Shown: positions 26,462-35,268 of the stretch, piece by piece
How positions within the stretch are numbered: the stretch's first letter is position 1
Layout of the letters: each line of letters begins with the position of its first letter
NCBI GenBank assembly: GCA_002724585.1
Contig: PBPE01000036.1
Coordinates: forward strand, 30,502 to 94,501
Reading direction: 5' to 3'
Origin: Dehalococcoidia bacterium
GTDB lineage: Bacteria; Chloroflexota; Dehalococcoidia; Lucifugimonadales; UBA3495
DNA length: 64,000 nucleotides
Position numbers and translations under genes: made by a program
The notes under the pieces: generated by a model
The model's database searches: none
What the model was told of the DNA's origin: nothing
The model's input: the letters and a program-made list of their open reading frames with translations, nothing else

Positions 26462-27214
26462 TTATTCGACCTTGATTGGATTTCTCAGTATACCGATCCC
26501 CTCTATCTCGACTTCACATACGTCCCCATCTTTCATCTCTCCTGGCTCCCCAGGCGTCCCTGTGTATATCATATCTCCTGGTTCAAGAGTCATAAATTTT
26601 GAGCAATAAGATATTAAGGTTGGTATATCGAATATCAGGTAGGATGTGCTCTCATTTTGGACTTCGTTACCGTTTATTCTAGTCATAACCCGTACATTAC
26701 TTGGGTCAATGTCATCAACTATATAAGGTCCTGCTGGAGAAAATGTATCGGAGGATTTAGCTCTCCACCAGTTTCGGTCTTCTCGCTGCCAATCTCTTGC
26801 ACTTACATCATTTCCACATGTGTATCCTAATACGTGGCTCATGGCGTCTTCTTTGGAAACATTTCTGCACTTGTCTTTTATTATTACGACTAGTTCGCAT
26901 TCGGCGTCTAGCCTCGTAGTATCCTTTGGTCGGATTATAGTGTCATCGGGCCCGATGACGGATATAGTCGTTTTAAAGAATACCATTGGCTCTGTTGGAC
27001 CTGGCCTATCATGTAGATGGCTTGAATAATTCAATCCGATTGCAAGGATTTTTGGTGGTATACAGGGCGCAAGTAGTTTTACCTCAGAAAGTTTGTGGGT
27101 ATGGTCAGTAACGGTGTAATCTTCGAATGGGCTAGCGCTGAGTTCCTTGACAGAATCACCGTCCACTAATCCGTAACTAATTTGGCCGTGTGCTAAATAT
27201 CGAGCAATTTTCAT
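26462..27214 (-). CDS. Fumarylacetoacetate hydrolase (FAH) family protein
   Basis: 250 aa with ECELVVIIKDKC, GYTCGNDVSARDWQ and GDMIYTGTPGEPG, all FAH-fold signatures. Confidence 0.9.
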   Translation of the reverse strand: MKIARYLAHGQISYGLVDGDSVKELSASPFEDYTVTDHTHKLSEVKLLAPCIPPKILAIGLNYSSHLHDRPGPTEPMVFFKTTISVIGPDDTIIRPKDTTRLDAECELVVIIKDKCRNVSKEDAMSHVLGYTCGNDVSARDWQREDRNWWRAKSSDTFSPAGPYIVDDIDPSNVRVMTRINGNEVQNESTSYLIFDIPTLISYCSKFMTLEPGDMIYTGTPGEPGEMKDGDVCEVEIEGIGILRNPIKVE

Positions 27215-27339
27215 AGTATCTTCTTCTCCCAGGAATATTTGACGTTACATAAGCTGGTGCGTCATGCTTGACTATGTGCATCGGGTATTCTAACTAGTTT
27301 GTCCCACTTTGGCTACATGCGCGCGACTACCTAGGCACT

Positions 27340-28371
27340 CTAATTTTCAATGACTATTTTCCCGAAGAACTCTCTTTCTTCCATTGTATGGTGCGCCTCA
27401 GCAACAGATTCCAGCGGAAATACCTGGCTTACTATTCCATGTATAGAACCTTGATTGATTACCTTCATCATTTCTGCAAATGATTTCCTGCTTCGGCTTC
27501 CACTGCCCATAAGATGAAGTGGCTTTCCTTGAAGTATGGAAAGATTCATTTCCGTACGCGCACCAGACGTTACACCAGTAATCACCAATCTTCCCCCTGA
27601 TTTCAGTGAAAGTAAGCTCTCTTCCCAAACGTCTGCTCCTACTACATCAAATACCAAATCGACGCCTTTGCCGTTGGTCATAGCTTTTACTTCTTCGCTA
27701 ATACTTTTCGTATCTCTGTAGTTTATTACCTCGTCCGCTCCGAGCTCTTTGGCTTTGGCTATTTTCCAGTCAACGCCCGCGGTGGTTATAACCCGTGCGC
27801 CTACCATCTTGGCAATTTGGATTGCCATGCTAGCGACGCCGCTACTTGCTGCATGTATCAGAACGTCATCCCATGGTGTAATTTGACCTTGAGTAATTAG
27901 ACAGTGCCATGCGGTGTGCGCCGCTAAAGGTAGAGCGGCAGCTTCTGTGAGAGTCATGGATTCTGGGATAGTATACGCGTTCATAGCCGGCACGTTGATG
28001 TATTCAGCGTGGCCACCGTCCAGGTCCACCCCGAACCTCTTTTGAGTGCCGCAGTACCTATCTGACCCCTGAATGCATTCTTCGCATACGCCGCATTTAA
28101 CCCTATTGTCTAGTATAACTCGATCTCCGATTCTCAGACTCGTATTTGCGTCTGGACTAATTTGAATTACTTCTCCAGCAATGTCACATCCCAAGATGCG
28201 TGGAAGGTTACCGCTATATGATTTTCCTGCCCTAAGCCCAATATCCAGTCGATTTAGTGCACTAGCTCCAACTTTTATCAATATCTCTCCTGGACCTATT
28301 TCTGGATCAGGGCGGTCTCCATACTGAAGAGCTTCTAAACCTCCATGTTGTTCTATATATACGGCTTTCAT
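27340..28371 (-). CDS. Zinc-type medium-chain alcohol dehydrogenase / oxidoreductase
   Basis: 343 aa with GCDIAGEV, the structural-zinc segment CGVCEECIQGSDRYC and the Rossmann segment AASSGVAS. Confidence 0.9.
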   Translation of the reverse strand: MKAVYIEQHGGLEALQYGDRPDPEIGPGEILIKVGASALNRLDIGLRAGKSYSGNLPRILGCDIAGEVIQISPDANTSLRIGDRVILDNRVKCGVCEECIQGSDRYCGTQKRFGVDLDGGHAEYINVPAMNAYTIPESMTLTEAAALPLAAHTAWHCLITQGQITPWDDVLIHAASSGVASMAIQIAKMVGARVITTAGVDWKIAKAKELGADEVINYRDTKSISEEVKAMTNGKGVDLVFDVVGADVWEESLLSLKSGGRLVITGVTSGARTEMNLSILQGKPLHLMGSGSRSRKSFAEMMKVINQGSIHGIVSQVFPLESVAEAHHTMEEREFFGKIVIEN

Positions 28372-28555
28372 AAATCATCTCCCGTAATTTCACGTTATAT
28401 TTAGAATTGATGTTCTCTCTTGATGGGTTAAGTGAATACTATCTCCTGTTGTGGAAGAGGTCAAAAAGAGCATCAGATGTCCGATTGACCCACTCTTTGG
28501 TATGCAATACACTCCCATTGGATTTAACGGCAAGATGCCATAGAAGGTGAAACTT

Positions 28556-29698
28556 ATGCGTTTCGGTATGTTTTATGAATTGCAAATGCCAAAACCATGG
28601 GGTCCAGATGCGGAATATAACACTTTATGGCAGGCAGTTGAGCAAGTAACGTACGCTGAGGAGATGGGGTTCGAACATGTATGGCTAGTTGAACACCATT
28701 TTCTGACCGAGTTTGCCCATTCGAGTGCGCCAGAAGTTACCTTGGCAATCATGGCTGAACGAACATCGAAAATGCGCTTAGGATTTGGTGTCGTTCTATC
28801 TCCAGTACATCACCCGTTGCACGTGGCTGCTCGGGTCGCCACCTTGGATATATTTAGCAATGGCCGTGTCGATGTAGGAGTAGGCCGTACGAAAGGACCA
28901 TATCAGATTACTCCATTTGGTGCCGACGTATCACAGACTCAGAGCATGATGACCGAGATGCTCGATTGTCTACCCAAAATGTGGACCCAAGAAGTCTTTT
29001 CCCATGAAGGTAAGCATTGGAGTATTCCCCCTAGAGAGGTAATTCCAAAACCAATACAGAAACCTCATCCACCGCTATGGATGGCGTGTACTCAGGAAGA
29101 TACTTTTAGGATGGCAGGTGATTTAGGGTTAGGTTGTCTAGTCAATACACTGGGTGGAACAGATAAGACTAGGTCATTAATAGATGCTTATTACGATGCC
29201 ATAAAGCATGCTAAACCGGTAGGCCATTTTTTAAACAAACAGGTAGTTGCTTCAACAATCGGGTTCTGTGATGAGAATGGTAAAAAAGCTATAGAAAAAG
29301 GAGCAGATGTTGCTAGCTGGTATCTTAATCAGAGTAAGCAACGATTTGCTTTAGAATGGGCAGGAGTAGATCCTGATGGAGTGCCACCTGAGTATCAATT
29401 CTATGTTAGTGGGGGAGCTGTACGTGGAGGTGGTCCTTCACAAGATCCTCAACAACAAAGCGCGCCATCACAAGATGATTTGCTCGCCGGCGGAGGATAT
29501 TGTGTTGGAAACCCTGATGATTGCATTAGGGTCATTGAAGAGTTTGAATCAATGGGTGTTGATGAAGTAATGCCTATTTTTCAAGCTGGTCATGCGACCC
29601 ATAAAGAAGTGATGAATTCCATCAAATTGTTCGGTAAATACGTAATACCTCATTTCCAGCAGAAAGATCAAAAATCGATACCTACAGCCGGAAAGTGA
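28556..29698 (+). CDS. Luciferase-like flavin/F420-dependent oxidoreductase (LLM) paralogue
   Basis: MRFGMFYEL..., FEHVWLVEHHF and RVDVGVGR fit the LLM pattern. I chose the ATG at 28556 (AAGGTG SD 6 nt upstream) over the longer GTG at 28547. Confidence 0.85.
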   Translation: MRFGMFYELQMPKPWGPDAEYNTLWQAVEQVTYAEEMGFEHVWLVEHHFLTEFAHSSAPEVTLAIMAERTSKMRLGFGVVLSPVHHPLHVAARVATLDIFSNGRVDVGVGRTKGPYQITPFGADVSQTQSMMTEMLDCLPKMWTQEVFSHEGKHWSIPPREVIPKPIQKPHPPLWMACTQEDTFRMAGDLGLGCLVNTLGGTDKTRSLIDAYYDAIKHAKPVGHFLNKQVVASTIGFCDENGKKAIEKGADVASWYLNQSKQRFALEWAGVDPDGVPPEYQFYVSGGAVRGGGPSQDPQQQSAPSQDDLLAGGGYCVGNPDDCIRVIEEFESMGVDEVMPIFQAGHATHKEVMNSIKLFGKYVIPHFQQKDQKSIPTAGK

Positions 29699-29722
29699 TG
29701 GGAATATTATGGAGATTTTGAC

Positions 29723-30517
29723 ATGAGTTTAGATGTATTTGATGTATCTGGGCAAAAAATATTGATAACTGGGGCAGGACGTGGAATAGGTAAAGGAGTT
29801 GCGCTAGCATTCGCCGAAGCAGGCGCAGATGTCGCAGTTAGTGCCCTTACAGAGACTGGTGTGGGCCAAGTTGTAACAGAGGTAACTGCATTTGGTGTAA
29901 GAGGATTGGCCTTGACTGGGGATGCGACGAAATCCTCTGAGATGGATGATATTGTATCCTCAACTCTTAAAGAATTTGGTCAGATAGACACCTTGGTTAA
30001 TTGTGTAGGAGATGCTATCCGTAAACCCGTTGTACAATTACCCGGTAGTGATGTAGATGGGATGAGTGATGAAGAATGGCATTTTATAGTTGATATCAAC
30101 CTTACTGAAGCTTTTCAAGGATGTAGGGCTGTAGGCCGACATATGTTAGATAGAGGGCAGGGGAACGTTATAAATATTTCAGGATGGGCAGCTTTCAGAG
30201 GCCGGCCTGAATCTGCCGCTTACGATGCTTCCAAGGCTGGTGTAATGCGATTAACCGAATGCTTAGCACAAGAATGGGCGCCATTTGGCGTCAGGGTCAA
30301 TTCAATTGCTCCAGGTAGTTTTCCTGATCCCGATCAAATGTCTCGCTCTGAATACCAAACTCGTGACGAGGGGGCTAAAACCCAGATACCTTTAGGGAGA
30401 GTTGGCAGACTAAAAGAGATTGGTTATCTGTCAGTATTTTTAGCATCACCAGCCGCCTCATATGTTACTGGCCAGACTTGGGGAGTTGACGGTGGTATTA
30501 GTATTAAACATCCTTAA
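29723..30517 (+). CDS. Short-chain dehydrogenase/reductase (SDR)
   Basis: 264 aa with the cofactor motif TGAGRGIGKG and the catalytic YDASKAG (YxxxK). Confidence 0.9.
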   Translation: MSLDVFDVSGQKILITGAGRGIGKGVALAFAEAGADVAVSALTETGVGQVVTEVTAFGVRGLALTGDATKSSEMDDIVSSTLKEFGQIDTLVNCVGDAIRKPVVQLPGSDVDGMSDEEWHFIVDINLTEAFQGCRAVGRHMLDRGQGNVINISGWAAFRGRPESAAYDASKAGVMRLTECLAQEWAPFGVRVNSIAPGSFPDPDQMSRSEYQTRDEGAKTQIPLGRVGRLKEIGYLSVFLASPAASYVTGQTWGVDGGISIKHP

Positions 30518-30629
30518 GCTAAAATTGAGTAGTAGAATTGACACATGCATCTGAGCCTGCGTAGTTACCGAATAACATTACAAGGTTTCTTTCGATAAAT
30601 TTCTTCTATTACCAATGTGCTGATAAAAG

Positions 30630-31286
30630 ATGATGACTCAAAAAGCTGTTATTGTTAACGATCTATGTAAGACTTATGCGAATGCGCCTGTTCTATCTCG
30701 TGTAAATGTGGAGATAGACTGGGGAGAGTTAGTCGTTTTATTTGGGTCTAACGGTGCCGGTAAAACCACTTTTCTACGCGTTTTATCTACAAGAGTCAGG
30801 CCTGATAATGGAACTATCACTGTAGCTGGATACGATAGTAGAACTAAACCTAACGAACTTAGAAGATCGATCGGTGTAGTTGGTCACCAAGGTTTACTGT
30901 ACGATGATCTTACAGCATCTGAAAACCTGAAGTTTTATGCAAGGATGTATGGTTTGAAGGACGTACAGACATGTGTAAGCAGATGTCTTGAATTAGTAGG
31001 GTTGGAAAGCAAATCTGGTAGTAAGGTGCGCACCTTATCACATGGTATGCAGAAAAGACTGGGAATCGCTAGAGCCTTATTGCATGACCCAATGGTTTTG
31101 CTCTTAGATGAACCAGAGTCTGGTTTGGATGTTTACTCAAGAGATAATTTAAAAGAGATATTATTTAAATGGATAGAGAGAGGTCGTACCGTAGTAATGA
31201 CAACACACAGTGTTGATATCGGTTCAGGTTGGGCCACGAGAACACTAATGTTGTCTGGCGGGCAGATTAACGATGTCCAAACCTGA
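30630..31286 (+). CDS. ccmA: Cytochrome c maturation (System I) ABC ATPase CcmA
   Basis: Walker A GSNGAGKTT, signature LSHGMQKR and Walker B LLLDEPESGLD. It lies immediately upstream of ccmB and ccmC. Confidence 0.85.
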   Translation: MMTQKAVIVNDLCKTYANAPVLSRVNVEIDWGELVVLFGSNGAGKTTFLRVLSTRVRPDNGTITVAGYDSRTKPNELRRSIGVVGHQGLLYDDLTASENLKFYARMYGLKDVQTCVSRCLELVGLESKSGSKVRTLSHGMQKRLGIARALLHDPMVLLLDEPESGLDVYSRDNLKEILFKWIERGRTVVMTTHSVDIGSGWATRTLMLSGGQINDVQT

Positions 31287-31306
31287 GCTAATAAACGGCT
31301 TTTGTA

Positions 31307-32011
31307 ATGTGGGCACTGGAGATAAGGCTTTCGTTACTAATGTCTAAGAATATACAGTCTATTTTTATAATGATTAAAAAGGACCTTTTATTGGAATTTA
31401 GAGGCAAGGATATACTTGTATCAGTCCCAATATTTGGTTTTTTGTTGATAGTCTTATTCAATTTTGCTTTAGACGTTTCTCCAAATATATCTAATCATGT
31501 AGCACCGGGCATACTATGGGTCTCCTTCGCTTTCGCAGGCATATTGACAATGAATCGAGCGTTTGTTAGAGAACTGGAACAGGGTGGTCTGGAAGGTTTA
31601 TTACTGTCTCCGATTAGCCGCGATGCTATCTTCATCAGCAAGGTTCTTAGCAGTTGTCTATTTATGTTCGTGGTGGAGATAGCTTTATTATTGGCTTTGA
31701 CAATCATGATGAACATTTGGATGTTTTCTATAGTATTAGTCGTGACAGTTTTGTTGACCACTTTGGGATTTACCACGCTGGGAACTTTATTTTCTGCTAT
31801 AGCTGTACAGACAAGATCTAGAGAAGTAATGCTTCCAATACTGTTTTTTCCTATGGTTATACCAATATTAATAGCGGCAGTAGAGGTAACGTCGGAAGTT
31901 ATCGCGGGTCAATTCATTGGAATAGGAAAATGGCTGCCTTTTATAATAATATTTGACGCTTTGTTTTTGCTAATATGTCCTTGGCTGTTTGGAACCGTGA
32001 TGCAGGAGTGA
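31307..32011 (+). CDS. ccmB: Heme exporter membrane protein CcmB
   Basis: Polytopic membrane protein with FVRELEQGGLEGLLLSP, a CcmB hallmark. The true start may be the ATG at 31340. Confidence 0.8.
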   Translation: MWALEIRLSLLMSKNIQSIFIMIKKDLLLEFRGKDILVSVPIFGFLLIVLFNFALDVSPNISNHVAPGILWVSFAFAGILTMNRAFVRELEQGGLEGLLLSPISRDAIFISKVLSSCLFMFVVEIALLLALTIMMNIWMFSIVLVVTVLLTTLGFTTLGTLFSAIAVQTRSREVMLPILFFPMVIPILIAAVEVTSEVIAGQFIGIGKWLPFIIIFDALFLLICPWLFGTVMQE

Positions 32012-32017
32012 TGGATT

Positions 32018-32725
32018 TTGTCTAACCTAGGAATAAAGAATATTCAAACGAAAATATCGTATGTTTTAGCGGCTCTGTGTACTATTTTGATGATCATCAA
32101 TTTGTATCTTATATTCTGGGTTGCGCCACTCGATGTTGTACTAGGGCACATACAGAAAATATTTTACATACATGTTCCTATAGCCGCGATGTCATTCCTA
32201 GCGTTTTTTCTGGTGTTTGTATTTAGCATTATTTATCTGGTAAAACGTTCGGAGCATTGGGATAGACTGGCTTATGCTGCAGGAGAAGTCGGAGTAGTAT
32301 TTGTTTCAGTGACCTTGTTAACAGGAGTGGTCTGGGCGAAACCTGTCTGGGGTGTTTGGTGGACATGGGAGCCTCGTCTAACAACGACGTTAATTCTGTG
32401 GCTTATATATATAGCATACATTATGGTTAGATCATACGCCCCAAATAGATCGCAAGGGTCTTTATATGCAGCAGCTATAGGCATTATAGGATTTATTGAC
32501 GTCCCGATAGTTTATTATTCCGTACAATGGTGGCGTTCCATACATCCTTCCGCTGTTGTGGGGCCATTTGCAGAATCGGGCGCCCTGGAACCAATAATGG
32601 CACAGATATTGTTAGTATCACTAGTTGCATTTACATTACTGTTTGTTCTGTTATTTAATCAGAGGATATCTGTAAAAAAACAAGAAGATCTTCTAGCTAA
32701 GACTTTGGAGTTTGAAAACAAATAA
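32018..32725 (+). CDS. ccmC: Heme lyase/exporter subunit CcmC
   Basis: 235 aa with the tryptophan-rich WWD-type motif WGVWWTWEPRLT plus flanking conserved His residues. Confidence 0.9.
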   Translation: MSNLGIKNIQTKISYVLAALCTILMIINLYLIFWVAPLDVVLGHIQKIFYIHVPIAAMSFLAFFLVFVFSIIYLVKRSEHWDRLAYAAGEVGVVFVSVTLLTGVVWAKPVWGVWWTWEPRLTTTLILWLIYIAYIMVRSYAPNRSQGSLYAAAIGIIGFIDVPIVYYSVQWWRSIHPSAVVGPFAESGALEPIMAQILLVSLVAFTLLFVLLFNQRISVKKQEDLLAKTLEFENK

Positions 32726-32756
32726 GGATCTACACATCAGATGAAAGAGACGAGAA

Positions 32757-32939
32757 ATGCCAACTGTGATTTTACAAATAGGTTCCCCTTCGCCTAATAC
32801 TGGTTTTTTGTTTGTAGCTTTTGCTATTGTAGCTATAGCTTTCTGTGGCTATTCGGCGTTAATCATTAGGCGGCAACGTGACACAACAAAGAAACTAAAG
32901 GAAATCAAACAGTCCTCAAATCATTCTACCCCAGAGTAA
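32757..32939 (+). CDS. ccmD: CcmD-like small single-pass membrane protein
   Basis: 60 aa with one TM helix followed by a basic tail (IIRRQRDTTKKLK). Its position after ccmC matches CcmD architecture. No sequence-specific motif is available. Confidence 0.5.
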   Translation: MPTVILQIGSPSPNTGFLFVAFAIVAIAFCGYSALIIRRQRDTTKKLKEIKQSSNHSTPE

Positions 32940-32966
32940 TTCTGAGACTGACTTATAAGTAGTACA

Positions 32967-33668
32967 TTATTCTTTGATTAGTCGAGCCGCAGCTATTAGC
33001 TGGTGGTTAGCAGAGTCCCAGATATCGGCCATCTTTTCAGTAAGGTGGGATTCTTCTGGGTCAGTGTAAGTTTCATCGTTTAAACATTGTTCTATACCAC
33101 TACAAAAACTATCTATTGGCACTGTGAATTGGTTGGGTGACAATTCTCGATGTTGAAATAAATTGGATTTGGCGCTCCGATACTTTTTAGCTGCAGCAAT
33201 CTCATATTGTGTCTCTTCTTTATGATCATAATGCCACTGCTTTACGTTCAAGTGATAAAGCTCACGCCTTTTCTCAGCTAATTCTGTGGCACTATAGCGT
33301 AAATCTGACATTGCACTAATCAAGTTGCCATATTTATTCTCTGGTTCGATTTTCTCAGGTTGATCCTCGTGCTGCGAATTATTATTGTTTCTAGAAAATA
33401 AATGGATTCTTGGAAGATAGCTGATTGCTATCAATGGTACTGCTATCAGGCTAATTTCAGGAAATGTATGTCTGGCTAGCAGGATGGTAGAGACTAGAAG
33501 AACTATCAGTCCCCCGTATGTTATTGCGTTAACTGCTGCTGGGATGAATATCGGATGGTTGTCCATTAACATGGTTACTCCCCAGAGAGTAATTGCAAGA
33601 CCGACTATATTGAGTATTACTGTTATCGCATTGTTGTTCATCACCCCTCCACACCGGCCCATCGCCAA
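32967..33668 (-). CDS. Hypothetical membrane protein (about 3 TM helices plus a soluble C-terminal domain)
   Basis: 233-aa ORF on the opposite strand between ccmD and ccmE. It has hydrophobic N-terminal helices and no recognisable motif. Confidence 0.5.
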   Translation of the reverse strand: MAMGRCGGVMNNNAITVILNIVGLAITLWGVTMLMDNHPIFIPAAVNAITYGGLIVLLVSTILLARHTFPEISLIAVPLIAISYLPRIHLFSRNNNNSQHEDQPEKIEPENKYGNLISAMSDLRYSATELAEKRRELYHLNVKQWHYDHKEETQYEIAAAKKYRSAKSNLFQHRELSPNQFTVPIDSFCSGIEQCLNDETYTDPEESHLTEKMADIWDSANHQLIAAARLIKE

Positions 33669-33829
33669 TTAGTAACATAGCATGCAAATGGATAATCTTC
33701 TAGGAATGTAGTTTGCAGATTGTAGGGATTTTATAGCCAAGTGGTCTACTACAAAGCACTCATATGGTATGCTTAATATGTGGTGAGCCAATGCTAATGT
33801 TTTGGGTCTGATATGGAGTTGGATGCAGA

Positions 33830-34336
33830 TTGATTGAACATGATGATATTAAAAGTGATGTGAGGAATCCTAAAACCTCTAAAGCCACTTTTTTTCGTTT
33901 GGGGATAATAGGGTTTGTATTAGTAGTTGGAATTGCTTACATGGTATACGCAGCATTTCCTGGTAATACGCTTTATTTTCTAACAGTTAGTGAGTTTATG
34001 GAAAAAGAAGAGTATCAAGATGGGCGTGTATTGAGAGTATCTGGCAAACTGCTAGATGGGTCATTCCATCGGCCTAAGGGTTCTACCAGCGCTAACTTTG
34101 CTTTAATTGATTCTCTAAACAATGCTGATCCAGGATTGGAAGCGCGATATGTTGGTGTAATGCCAGATTTATTTTTTAATCCCCATTCTGAAATTATTCT
34201 TCAAGGATCGTATGGTATGGACGAAGTATTCGAAGCTGAAACTGTGCTCGTAAAATGTCCGTCGAAATATCAATCTATGGAAGAGGAATATAGTGAAGAT
34301 TATATGTACGATGAGGAGAAGAGTACGAAGAGTTAA
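33830..34336 (+). CDS. ccmE: Heme chaperone CcmE, variant type with CxxxY heme-binding motif
   Basis: It has an N-terminal TM anchor and an OB-fold core (RVLRVSGKL...MPDLF). The site aligned to E. coli LAKHDENY reads LVKCPSKY, so Cys replaces the heme-binding His. Confidence 0.85.
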   Translation: MIEHDDIKSDVRNPKTSKATFFRLGIIGFVLVVGIAYMVYAAFPGNTLYFLTVSEFMEKEEYQDGRVLRVSGKLLDGSFHRPKGSTSANFALIDSLNNADPGLEARYVGVMPDLFFNPHSEIILQGSYGMDEVFEAETVLVKCPSKYQSMEEEYSEDYMYDEEKSTKS

Positions 34337-34363
34337 TCATTAAGGGTTCAAGGTTTTGAAAAA

Positions 34364-34389
34364 ACAGCCCCGATATTTGTCGGGGCTGT
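34364..34389. terminator. Bidirectional intrinsic terminator
   Basis: aaaaa-ACAGCCCCGA-tatttg-TCGGGGCTGT-ttttgttt. It is a 10-bp GC-rich stem flanked by an A-run and a T-run, between convergent ccmE and korB. Confidence 0.8.
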
Positions 34390-34401
34390 TTTTGTTTAAA
34401 A

Positions 34402-35268
34402 TTAGAATTCGTAAGCGTCAATGAGCTGTTGGGCAGTTTGTTCTTTGGCTTTGCTCCATATGTCTTCTATTCGTTGGTCAAGTGAAGGTCTGCTTTCATC
34501 TTTATATATTACGCCAATAGGTAGGCCACGCTTTTGGATTAAATTATAAGCTGCGGCTTTATCGTTGGGTTCGTGGTCTTCTGGTATATCCCAAACTAAA
34601 GGTTCTATACCTTCTTTCGGTTTGCCTTTGAGAAGTTCATAAGTGTCGTTATAAGTAACACAAGGGGATTGAACGTGCACCATAGAGAACCCTTGATGAT
34701 TCATACCTTCCTTGATTAATCCAGCTAGTTGTCTGGGATTTCCTGAAAATCCAGATGCTATGAAAGATACTCCCAGTGTTAGGTACAGTTCTAATGGATC
34801 TGCTTCGTTCTCCATTTTTCCAAATGGGGTTGAACTCGTGACGACACCTAGTTTTGTAGTGGGAGAACTCTGGCCTTTTGTTAAACCATACACTCCGTTA
34901 TCCATAACTACTGCGCAGATATTGAGGTTCCTAGCTGCTTGAGGGGCTATGTGTTCGCCGCCAATACTTAGGAAGTCTCCATCTCCTGCCACTACTACTA
35001 CATTGAGGTCAGGGCGCCCCATCTTCACGCCCATCGATATGGGGAGGCTCCTTCCATGAATGCCATGGAAACCGTATGGTTGTGATCCTTCAAGAAGATG
35101 AACTAGGTTGCCAGAGCAACCTATTCCGGCCACAACAACGTTATTTTCTATAGGTAGTCCAGTCTCTTCTAGCCGATCTATCATAGCGAATTCTAACGCG
35201 CGTCTCACACCGAAATCGCCGCAACCTGGACACCACTTAAAATCGTATTCTGGGTTTTTTTTGCTCAT
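34402..35268 (-). CDS. korB: 2-oxoacid:ferredoxin oxidoreductase beta subunit (TPP-binding)
   Basis: 288 aa with N-terminal WCPGCGDFG and the GDGD TPP-binding segment. Its start overlaps the alpha-subunit stop. Confidence 0.9.
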   Translation of the reverse strand: MSKKNPEYDFKWCPGCGDFGVRRALEFAMIDRLEETGLPIENNVVVAGIGCSGNLVHLLEGSQPYGFHGIHGRSLPISMGVKMGRPDLNVVVVAGDGDFLSIGGEHIAPQAARNLNICAVVMDNGVYGLTKGQSSPTTKLGVVTSSTPFGKMENEADPLELYLTLGVSFIASGFSGNPRQLAGLIKEGMNHQGFSMVHVQSPCVTYNDTYELLKGKPKEGIEPLVWDIPEDHEPNDKAAAYNLIQKRGLPIGVIYKDESRPSLDQRIEDIWSKAKEQTAQQLIDAYEF

